Of a stretch of 64,000 nucleotides of DNA, positions 27,160 through 34,950 are shown piece by piece (position 1 is the stretch's first letter; every line of letters starts with the position of its first letter). This stretch comes from a bacterium (GTDB lineage: Bacteria > Cyanobacteriota > Sericytochromatia > S15B-MN24 > UBA4093). A program made the translations under genes and the position numbers. The DNA lies in NCBI GenBank assembly GCA_017744355.1, contig JAGIBK010000001.1:771694-835693 (forward strand), read 5' to 3'. The notes beneath the pieces are model-generated. The model was not told the DNA's origin. It was given only the letters and a program-made list of their open reading frames with translations, and made no database searches.

Positions 27160-29408
27160 TCCCAGTCCTTCAGCAGCAGCTCGCGGGCCTTTTTGGCCTC
27201 GGCGGGCGAGTCGAACCAGTACTCCTCCAACAACGGTCCAATCTCGGTCTCGACGACCTGGCGGAACCAGGAGCGGGTCTCACCCGGTTCGAGGGGGTAC
27301 GGGGGCGTCACGTAGCTATGTCCAACGCGGAACTGCTTGCCCAGCCGGGCATCCCCGGCGATGGTCGCATTGCAGACTTCTAGCCGCGCCTCGATGTCGT
27401 TCGCTAGGTCGGCCTCGAGCCCGCAGTGTTGGGTGACCCAGTCGCGCCACGCCGGACCCAGGCGCGGCTCCAGATCCGCGAAGGCGAAGCGACGCCTCAG
27501 GGCCAGATCGACCAGTGCCAGTGAGCGGTCGGCGATGTTCATCGTGCCGATCACGTGGAGGTTTTCCGGGATATGGACGGGGCGGCGTACCCCATCTGCA
27601 TCGGGATAGCAGAGCTCGAGCGCCTCGCTGGGCGTACGTTTACCGGCCTCCAGTAGCGTTAGCAACTCGCCGAAGATCTGCGCGGGGTTGCCGCGGTTGA
27701 TCTCCTCGATGACCACGACAAAGCGTGACATTGGAGCCTTGGCTGCCGCCTTGATGGCTTCCATGAAGATGCCGTCGGCCAGGGAAAGTTTGCCGTCGCC
27801 CGTGGGGCGCCAGCCGCGCACGAAGTCCTCGTAGGACAGGTTCGGATGGAACTGCACCGCTCGAACCTTGCTCTCGTCCTTCTGGCCGATCAGGGAAAAG
27901 GCCAGGCGCTTGGCCAGCCAGGTCTTGCCCGTACCGGGCGGGCCCTGGAGGATCAGGTTCTTCTTGGTCCGTAGTCGCACGAGCAGCTGGTCAAGCTCCT
28001 TCCGGGTGAGGAAGCAGCCCTCCTGCAGCACGTCGTCGATCGAGTAGGGCACCAAGGACTCGGCCTTCTGCACGAGTCCGGGATCTTCATCCTCGGATTC
28101 GTCGGTGGGGTCCGTGGATGGCTGCGATGGAGTCGTCGCGCTGGGGTCCTTGTAATGCCAGGCCGACAGTGAGAGCTCCGGAAAGGAATGGGCCGGGTAC
28201 GAGGGCTCCTGGAAACGTGGGATCAGGGCGTCCATGATCGCCAGGTAGTCGGTGGCGTTACAGAGGCCCTTCGGGCCATGCCGCTCGATGGGCACGCCGA
28301 GCTTCTTGGTGATGTAGAGCTTGGAGCCGCTGTCGAGGCTGAGAAACGACCAAGGTCGGATCCAGTACAATCCGAAGGTGAGGTTCCAGGCCACCAGTGG
28401 GCGTCCGTTGGCATGGTCAAAGGCCAGGGAGAAGCGCGCACGAGCTTCCTCATCGTCCGATTCCGCGAAAGCCAGCGCGGCGGCAAACAGCGCCCAGAGC
28501 GAATCGATGTGGTCCGGGGTGCGGGCACTCTCCCTGGGAAAGTACCAGGACTTTAGGTTGTTCAGTACGGGTATGCCCTCGAAGGATTCCGGGATCGGCT
28601 CCTCGACGCCCAGGAACTGGCCCAGTTCCTTCATGATGATGCGCCGATTTGCATCAGTGATGCCCCGATTGAACAACCCCATGACCGTGAACGGGCAGAT
28701 ATCTCTCAGGAAGCCCGTCGTGCCGTCGGGATACTCGTCTTGCGACAGATGGCCCAGGCCTTCGACGTGCTGGGCGATGCCTTGAATGGCTTCGAGCAGC
28801 GGCTTGCGATCGTCCCGATATGCCAGCAGCTTGTCGGCGATCGCCTCGTAGAACTTCGTCCACCCAAAGCGCTTCGCCTCCGGCGCCTGGGTCCCGAACC
28901 GCTCTCGCCAGAACGGTGCGTTGCAGAAGCGGGCGTAGTCCTGCGTATCGCCCTCGAAGGCGAACGCGATCAAGCCGTCGGTCATCCAGTCGCCGGCCTG
29001 CACTCGCCAGATGGTCGCCCGGTGGGTGTAGAAGTACCACTCTCGGGCCGGGGTGACCGGCATCCAGTCCACTCGCACCCGCTGGCCGTCGTTCAAGTTC
29101 TCGACGATCGTTCCAATGGCCTTGATGGCCATCACCGAGACGGACAGACCACGATTGTCGAAGGGAAGCCCGTGTTTGCGGACGTAGGACGATTTGATGG
29201 CGATCCGGTCGCCGGGCCGCATCGACCTGACGAGCTCGAGATACTTGTCATCGTAGCCGTTCTCCCAGACGCCTTCCGCCAGGAACCGCGCCGTGTGGTC
29301 ATCCGTGTCGTTGTAAAAGGCACCGACGAACCAGGCTGTCGGGTGCTTCACCGACTCCACGGTAGCGGTGGCAAGGGACGATGGGCTCAGCTGTTCTTCT
29401 GCGTTCAC
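27156..29408 (-). CDS. mcrB: McrB-family GTP-dependent AAA+ subunit with long N-terminal DNA-recognition extension (750 aa)
   Basis: Walker A LILQGPPGTGKTW. Walker B VVVIEEINRGN. McrB signature IGTMNIADRS. About 430 aa N-terminal region of unassigned fold precedes the GTPase. Confidence 0.8.
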   Translation of the reverse strand: MNAEEQLSPSSLATATVESVKHPTAWFVGAFYNDTDDHTARFLAEGVWENGYDDKYLELVRSMRPGDRIAIKSSYVRKHGLPFDNRGLSVSVMAIKAIGTIVENLNDGQRVRVDWMPVTPAREWYFYTHRATIWRVQAGDWMTDGLIAFAFEGDTQDYARFCNAPFWRERFGTQAPEAKRFGWTKFYEAIADKLLAYRDDRKPLLEAIQGIAQHVEGLGHLSQDEYPDGTTGFLRDICPFTVMGLFNRGITDANRRIIMKELGQFLGVEEPIPESFEGIPVLNNLKSWYFPRESARTPDHIDSLWALFAAALAFAESDDEEARARFSLAFDHANGRPLVAWNLTFGLYWIRPWSFLSLDSGSKLYITKKLGVPIERHGPKGLCNATDYLAIMDALIPRFQEPSYPAHSFPELSLSAWHYKDPSATTPSQPSTDPTDESEDEDPGLVQKAESLVPYSIDDVLQEGCFLTRKELDQLLVRLRTKKNLILQGPPGTGKTWLAKRLAFSLIGQKDESKVRAVQFHPNLSYEDFVRGWRPTGDGKLSLADGIFMEAIKAAAKAPMSRFVVVIEEINRGNPAQIFGELLTLLEAGKRTPSEALELCYPDADGVRRPVHIPENLHVIGTMNIADRSLALVDLALRRRFAFADLEPRLGPAWRDWVTQHCGLEADLANDIEARLEVCNATIAGDARLGKQFRVGHSYVTPPYPLEPGETRSWFRQVVETEIGPLLEEYWFDSPAEAKKARELLLKDWE

Positions 29409-29495
29409 GTCGTATCCTCGTATTCGATGCTCGGGTAATATGCTCGATGCTTGATTATGGCCATACGATCGGATAAATGGGTCAGGTACGCTAAC

Positions 29496-30923
29496 TCAGT
29501 CAGGTTCCCTCTCTGTGTTCTGCCCCCAGAATGCCAGGTCATGGTCCTCCAGGCCCCTGCGATAGAGATCCCAGGCGAGTCGCTCGATGACCTCACGCAT
29601 CGCCAGGCGATCTCGCCAGCGCGAGGGGATCGCCTCGACACCGTAGTAGGCTCCAGCCAGCTGGCCCGCAATCGCCGCCGTCGTGTCGGCATCGTGACCC
29701 AGGTTCACGGCCAGCAGGACCGTATCCTCGAAGCTCTCCGCGCGATCGAAGGCCCAGAGTGCCGCTTCAAGAGACTCCACAACGTAGCCGGTTCCTCGGA
29801 TCTCCGGAGGCTGCTTGCGCTTGAAGGAGCCCTGGGCAATCGTTGCGATTTCCGCGCAGAGCGGATGCGCCTGGTAGTAACCGTCGATGGGGCTGAAGAC
29901 AGGCGCCAGCAGATCCTCCTTCCCGTACCCCTTGAGGGCACCAATCAGGAGCCCGCTGAAGAAGCGGCAAGCATCCACGGCCGTCGTGGCACCGTGTGTC
30001 ACGCGCGAACTCTCGCCGGCCAGGTGGATGGCCGTGGCAGGGTCCTGGTACAGGAACAGCGGCAGTGGTGCGAGACGCATCAGGGAGCCGTTGCCCGCCT
30101 TGCGGGGGTCCGTGGATCCGGCGACTGGATTGCCCGCGGACTCGAAGGCCTCGAGAGCCTCCCGGACGGTCACGCCGATATCGAAGCACCGCCCCGTGCT
30201 ACTCAGGTATCCTTCGCGGTACCAGCGCAGATAGCGCTTCATCTGTGACTCGGGTTGGAACCCATCTTCGATCAAGCTCTCGGCCAGGCACAGGGCCATC
30301 GAGGTGTCATCCGTCCACTGCCCGGGCGCGAGGCGGAACGGGCCGCCACCGACCATGTCGACGACCGGCTCGAACCGCCCGGGAGTCTGGAATTCGACCG
30401 TCGTGCCCAGCGCATCGCCGACCGCGAGTCCCAAGAGGGCGCCGAGGAATCTTCCCGAGAGATCCGAGGGCCGCTCTCGGTCACGATCAGGACGGCTCCC
30501 CATGAACATGGGGTCACCAAGCCCGGGATTTTGCAGACGCTCTCGCAGCGCATGATACTGGGAGCGCCACTCTGCCTCGGGGGGGAGGTCGCCCGTATGG
30601 TGGGTCCCGCGGCAAGTGTGGTAAAGCGTCAACCACACGTCGAGGATCCCACCGATCCAGGTGCCGGTACGGGTGTAGATCTGCGTTCGGGCGCGGGCCA
30701 GTTCGCTGATGTCACCGTAGCCGAACTCCGTGGCCAGGTCGTAACCCCGGATGGCGAGGTGGAGGACCCAGTATTCATCGAACGTGGGGTCCAGGGGCAG
30801 GGCCGAGAGATCACCGTGGAAGAATGAGGCCATGGCTGGCCGGATCCGGTCGAGGAAGTCGTCGACTGGATATAGATAGACTCGGCGGCGATCCCGGGTG
30901 GTGCGCATTACGGGCTCCTTCAC
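29496..30923 (-). CDS. ADP-ribosylglycohydrolase (DraG/ARH family) with about 150-aa N-terminal domain of unknown function
   Basis: ARH motifs GALLGLAVGDALG, GQWTDDTSMALCL, GNGSLMRLAP and GHDADTTAAIAGQLAG. The N-terminal 150 aa have no recognisable similarity. The GTG start overlaps the upstream exonuclease stop (GTGA). Confidence 0.75.
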   Translation of the reverse strand: MKEPVMRTTRDRRRVYLYPVDDFLDRIRPAMASFFHGDLSALPLDPTFDEYWVLHLAIRGYDLATEFGYGDISELARARTQIYTRTGTWIGGILDVWLTLYHTCRGTHHTGDLPPEAEWRSQYHALRERLQNPGLGDPMFMGSRPDRDRERPSDLSGRFLGALLGLAVGDALGTTVEFQTPGRFEPVVDMVGGGPFRLAPGQWTDDTSMALCLAESLIEDGFQPESQMKRYLRWYREGYLSSTGRCFDIGVTVREALEAFESAGNPVAGSTDPRKAGNGSLMRLAPLPLFLYQDPATAIHLAGESSRVTHGATTAVDACRFFSGLLIGALKGYGKEDLLAPVFSPIDGYYQAHPLCAEIATIAQGSFKRKQPPEIRGTGYVVESLEAALWAFDRAESFEDTVLLAVNLGHDADTTAAIAGQLAGAYYGVEAIPSRWRDRLAMREVIERLAWDLYRRGLEDHDLAFWGQNTEREPD

Positions 30924-31681
30924 GTTTCCTGAGTTTGCACCGGAAGGCGCACGCTGTCCTCACGAGCACCCGGGCGCGGCAAGCCATGCGCGATCCTGAC
31001 CAGCGCCGCAATTTGCTTGGGCGATAGATAACCCTTGAGCTGATACTGCCCCTCGCAGGATGCCAGGAAGGAGTTGCCCGGCAGGGCCTTTTGAGCCTCG
31101 TCCAGGAGCAAGGGAAACAGGGTCCCCGCCCGGGCCCGTTCCACCAGTTCGGGAGCCTCGGCGAGAAAGCGAGATAGGACCTGGGCGGTGGCCCTGACGT
31201 CACCCAGCGCGTCGTGTGCCTCATGAGGAAGCCCATAGTAGGCGGTAAGGGTTTCAAGGCGCGCATCGGCAGTTAGTTCCCGGGCCTGGAGGTGGACCCG
31301 GGCCACATGGACGGTGTCGATGAAGTCCGTCCGACGCGGAACCTCAAGGCCGAGTCGACCCTCGCAGGCGCGCAGGAAGTCCAGGTCGAAGCCGATGTTG
31401 TGGCCCACCACAACGGGTAGCTCCGAGAGGGTGCCCACGTAGTCGGCGAGCATGCCGAAGGCCTGCCGTGGCTCCATCGCATGGGTGAAGTCCTCGAGGG
31501 TCCTCCCCTGGATGGCGAGCGCTTCCTCAGTGACCGTCTCGGGTCGCTGAGGCCGAATCAGGGTCGCGAAAGCCGCCAACTCTCGCAGCGAGTCATCCAG
31601 CAGCAGAGCCGCCACTTGGGTGGGCTCGTGCTCGGTCGGGTCCAGCCCCGTCGTCTCGAAGTCGAGAACAAGATACTTCAT
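30920..31681 (-). CDS. DEDDh 3'-5' exonuclease (DnaQ/Pol III epsilon-like) with C-terminal extension
   Basis: Exo I YLVLDFETTGLDP. Exo II VVGHNIGFDLDFL. Exo III HDALGDVRA. An ATG (MKYLV) at about 31681 overlaps the AddA-like stop by 4 bp. The track ORF extends to a GTG at 31756. Confidence 0.75.
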   Translation of the reverse strand: MKYLVLDFETTGLDPTEHEPTQVAALLLDDSLRELAAFATLIRPQRPETVTEEALAIQGRTLEDFTHAMEPRQAFGMLADYVGTLSELPVVVGHNIGFDLDFLRACEGRLGLEVPRRTDFIDTVHVARVHLQARELTADARLETLTAYYGLPHEAHDALGDVRATAQVLSRFLAEAPELVERARAGTLFPLLLDEAQKALPGNSFLASCEGQYQLKGYLSPKQIAALVRIAHGLPRPGAREDSVRLPVQTQET

Positions 31682-34600
31682 GTGCTGGTCCCTGCCGCCT
31701 GGGAGGTCGGCGCCGAGGCGGTGATCGCGCTGGGGCACAGCAGGACATAGGGGCACCCGGGACAGGTCCTCGGTGAAGGAAGCGCCTCGAACCGGCCTTC
31801 TCCGATGGATTGCACGATCGCGGCGGCCTGGGCGCCTGCCGCCTCAAGTCGATCGGGCGTGAACTCGTGCAGCGTCCCGTGCTGCAAATAGGCCAACAGG
31901 CCTCGAGGCTTGCCGACCGCCCGCGTGTAGACCCAGAGCTGCATGGCATGGTGATCGGGGTCCATCACCCGGTCGGTCTTGTAGTCCAGGATGAAGTCGG
32001 GACCGATGGCGTCCACCACCCCCTTCAGCTCCAGGCCCCCGAGACTTAGCGTGATGGGACGTTCCCGCTCGGAGATGGCCTCCCGCACCTCCCGGAACAC
32101 CTCTTCGCTCCGGAAGGAGCGGGCAAAGCGCAAGGCCGTCTCGACGAGATCGGGAGCGAGGTCGGAGACATGCGGGGCGAGCGCCGCCGCCTCGTCGAGG
32201 TCGAGTTCCAGGGCCAGGTGTGCGGCCGTACCCACCCGGTTCGCATGGGGGACCGGCACCGGCAGGGGCGGCGCAAGCTCCGTCGCATCATCCGAGGGCA
32301 CTGCCCCGTGGGGACCGACCTCCTCGCTACCGGGATGGCCATCGACGTAGCGATAGGCAAAGGCTCTCGGACACCGTGCAAACACAGCCAGCGCCGTGAC
32401 CGGCAGCTCGCTCAGCACCGTCCCCAGGGGCTGCTCGAACCAGCGGGCAGGAAGCGGGACCGGATCCAACGGTCCAGGCAACGGGGGCCGCTCGTCACCG
32501 GGCTGCGGCTGGACCTCGTCGATAACTAGCCCGGCCTCTTCGAGACCCGGCGCCAGAAAAGCCAGGGCGCCCTTGACCGGGTCGGGGGCCGTCAGCAGCA
32601 GGCGATCGCGGACCCGAGTCAGGGCCACGTAGAAAATCCGGCGCTCCTCCGCCTCCTCGCGTTCCTGCACGCGTCGTTTGTGGAGCTTCAACCGCAGGGG
32701 CTCCTGCGAATTACCCTCCTCGTCCTTGAACTTCAGCCCCACGCCCAGCTCCGCATCGAAGCGGATCCGGGTCCGATCGGCCGGCTTGTCGGCCGTGAGG
32801 TTGGGCACCACGACCACCGGCCATTCCAGACCCTTGGCGGCATGGATGGTCATGAGCAGCACCGCGTTGCCTGCCTCCAGAGCGGGTCGATCGAGCTCGA
32901 TCTCGGCCTCGCTCAGGCGTCGGATGCGGCGTACGACCGTCAAGACGTCCTGCGCGCCACGCTCGAGCCGACGTACCTGGTCGATCAAGCCGCTCCAGTC
33001 CGCCAGGCGCCGGTGCGCGCCCGGCATCCCTGCCAGCACCGCACTGTAGCCGGTGAGCCGATCCGCCAGTTGCAACAAGCGGCTGGGCGGCTCGCTGCGC
33101 TGGTCCAGGAGTTCCTGCAGAATGTCGCGCGCCGTCACCAGATCGGGCTCGCTTGATGCCTCCACCACCTGCCACCAGCTGCTCGCGCCGCGTGCGTCGG
33201 CCGCGCGATGCAGGACGGCATCCGAGACGGCGAAGAACGGGCTACGCAGGATCGCCACCAGGGCCTGGTCATCGCGCCGATCCGCCAGAAAGCGAAGCAG
33301 CGCGGTCCCGTCCAGTGCCTCGCGGGTGGCGAGCAGGTCGCTGCCTCGGGCCAGGGTTGTTGGTATGCCCTCCGCGGCCAGGGCCTCCTCGTAGATCGCC
33401 AGCGGCGCTCCCGTCCGGCACAGCACCGCGACATCCCCCCACCTCATCGGGCGCAGCTCGCCCGCGCCCTTGTCATGCAGGAGCAGACCTTCCTCATGCC
33501 AGGCCTTGAGGCGCCGGGCGATATGGCGAGCCTCAATGCGGCGTCTCGCCTCCACATCTCCGGCAGCCGCCTTGGGGACGTGAGCGGCCTCCAGGTGCGG
33601 CAGATCATGAGGGACACTTCGCTGACCCACGAGATCCTGGCGCAGACTTCCGAGCGACGGGCCACATACCCGGTTGATGATCTCGAGAAGCGGACCGTGC
33701 GTGCGGAAACTCTCCTTGAGGCTCACGCGATCGCCCCCGCGTCCGGCGATCGCCTCGGCCATCCGACCGAACACCGTCACGTCGGCACGGCGGAACCCGT
33801 AGATCGACTGCTTCTCGTCGCCCACGATCGTGAGAATCGCGCCCTCGGTGAGCAGGTTCAGCAGGCGGGCCTGGACCGGGTTGGTGTCCTGTACCTCGTC
33901 GAGCAGAAAAGCCCGCCAGCGACTCCAGTAGTAGGCAAGAACCTCGGGGTGCTCCAGGGCGCGCAGGGCATGGACCTCGAGATCGCCGAAGTCCAGTACC
34001 CGCTCCTGAGCCTTGGCCGCCGTGAGGTGGCCCCGGATCTGAGCGAAGGCCTGGCGCAAGGCCGGGACCATTTCCGCCAGCACGTCGTCGAGCGCGCCGG
34101 GCTCGAGCCACAACAACGACTCCTGGGACAGCAGGTCCCGAACCTCGCTCAGGGCCTTTTTGACCTCCTCGTATTGCTCGGGGTCCCAGCCCTTCTTGCT
34201 CCCGACATTGAGCTTGATGCCCAGCACCGGCGCGAAGTCCGGCCACGGTGCTCCGGCAGTCCGTCGTGCCAGGGCATCAGTCAGAGCCAGGGTTTCGACC
34301 CGCTGGGTTTCCCTGAGACCATCGCCCGCGCAGCGTCTCAGGGCACTCACGGCTTCTTGCCACGGGTCCGAGGTGATCAACCTGGCCACGAGGGATTCGC
34401 GTTCGGCAGACAGCACGGCGGGGAGATCAAGTGGATCCCTGGCCAGTGCCTCTTCGGCCGTCAGGGGATCGGCGCCGAAAGCCTCCATGGCGGCCCGCAG
34501 CAGGTCCGACGGAATTGAGTCCTGGATCTCGGCGGGCAGGCCAGCGATCGCTTCGTCTAACTGTTCCAACGCCCAGATGGGGCCCTCGGGCCGATCTTCC

Positions 34601-34950
34601 AGGATGGTGAAATCGGCCGGAACCCCGGCCGCATCGGGGTGCTCGCGGCAGATCCGGGCGGCGAGGGCGTGCATGGTCATGATGGGCGCCGCCTCCAGCT
34701 CCACGGCCACCTGAGGCGCGAAGGGTGGCTGAGCAGCGGCGACGTCCTTGCGAATCCGGGATCGCATTTCGGCTGCGGCCATGTCCGTGAACGTGGTGGC
34801 CACGATCTCGAGCGGCGAGAGGCCATGCGTCCGCAACAGCTGCAGGTAGCGCGCCGAGAGCATGTGTGTCTTGCCGGTACCGGCTCCCGCCGTGACGCAC
34901 ACATCCCCGGGTGCCTCGACGGCACGTTGCTGGTCGAGCGTGAGTGGCAT
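31678..34950 (-). CDS. AddA/AdnB-like helicase-nuclease: UvrD-family SF1 helicase + C-terminal RecB-family nuclease with 4-Cys cluster
   Basis: Motif I VTAGAGTGKTHML. 1090 aa. C-terminal RecB nuclease motif ILDYKTDR. Cysteines (FARCPRAF...CPGCPYVLLC) suggest an Fe-S staple. Confidence 0.8.
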   Translation of the reverse strand: MPLTLDQQRAVEAPGDVCVTAGAGTGKTHMLSARYLQLLRTHGLSPLEIVATTFTDMAAAEMRSRIRKDVAAAQPPFAPQVAVELEAAPIMTMHALAARICREHPDAAGVPADFTILEDRPEGPIWALEQLDEAIAGLPAEIQDSIPSDLLRAAMEAFGADPLTAEEALARDPLDLPAVLSAERESLVARLITSDPWQEAVSALRRCAGDGLRETQRVETLALTDALARRTAGAPWPDFAPVLGIKLNVGSKKGWDPEQYEEVKKALSEVRDLLSQESLLWLEPGALDDVLAEMVPALRQAFAQIRGHLTAAKAQERVLDFGDLEVHALRALEHPEVLAYYWSRWRAFLLDEVQDTNPVQARLLNLLTEGAILTIVGDEKQSIYGFRRADVTVFGRMAEAIAGRGGDRVSLKESFRTHGPLLEIINRVCGPSLGSLRQDLVGQRSVPHDLPHLEAAHVPKAAAGDVEARRRIEARHIARRLKAWHEEGLLLHDKGAGELRPMRWGDVAVLCRTGAPLAIYEEALAAEGIPTTLARGSDLLATREALDGTALLRFLADRRDDQALVAILRSPFFAVSDAVLHRAADARGASSWWQVVEASSEPDLVTARDILQELLDQRSEPPSRLLQLADRLTGYSAVLAGMPGAHRRLADWSGLIDQVRRLERGAQDVLTVVRRIRRLSEAEIELDRPALEAGNAVLLMTIHAAKGLEWPVVVVPNLTADKPADRTRIRFDAELGVGLKFKDEEGNSQEPLRLKLHKRRVQEREEAEERRIFYVALTRVRDRLLLTAPDPVKGALAFLAPGLEEAGLVIDEVQPQPGDERPPLPGPLDPVPLPARWFEQPLGTVLSELPVTALAVFARCPRAFAYRYVDGHPGSEEVGPHGAVPSDDATELAPPLPVPVPHANRVGTAAHLALELDLDEAAALAPHVSDLAPDLVETALRFARSFRSEEVFREVREAISERERPITLSLGGLELKGVVDAIGPDFILDYKTDRVMDPDHHAMQLWVYTRAVGKPRGLLAYLQHGTLHEFTPDRLEAAGAQAAAIVQSIGEGRFEALPSPRTCPGCPYVLLCPSAITASAPTSQAAGTST

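Noticed and set aside
30920-31756. Using the track's GTG at 31756 as the exonuclease start
   Set aside because: An ATG (MKYLVLDFETTG) at about 31681 begins right at the Exo I motif and forms a 4-bp ATGA overlap with the AddA-like stop. The 25 upstream codons would overlap the helicase gene in another frame. The longer form cannot be excluded.
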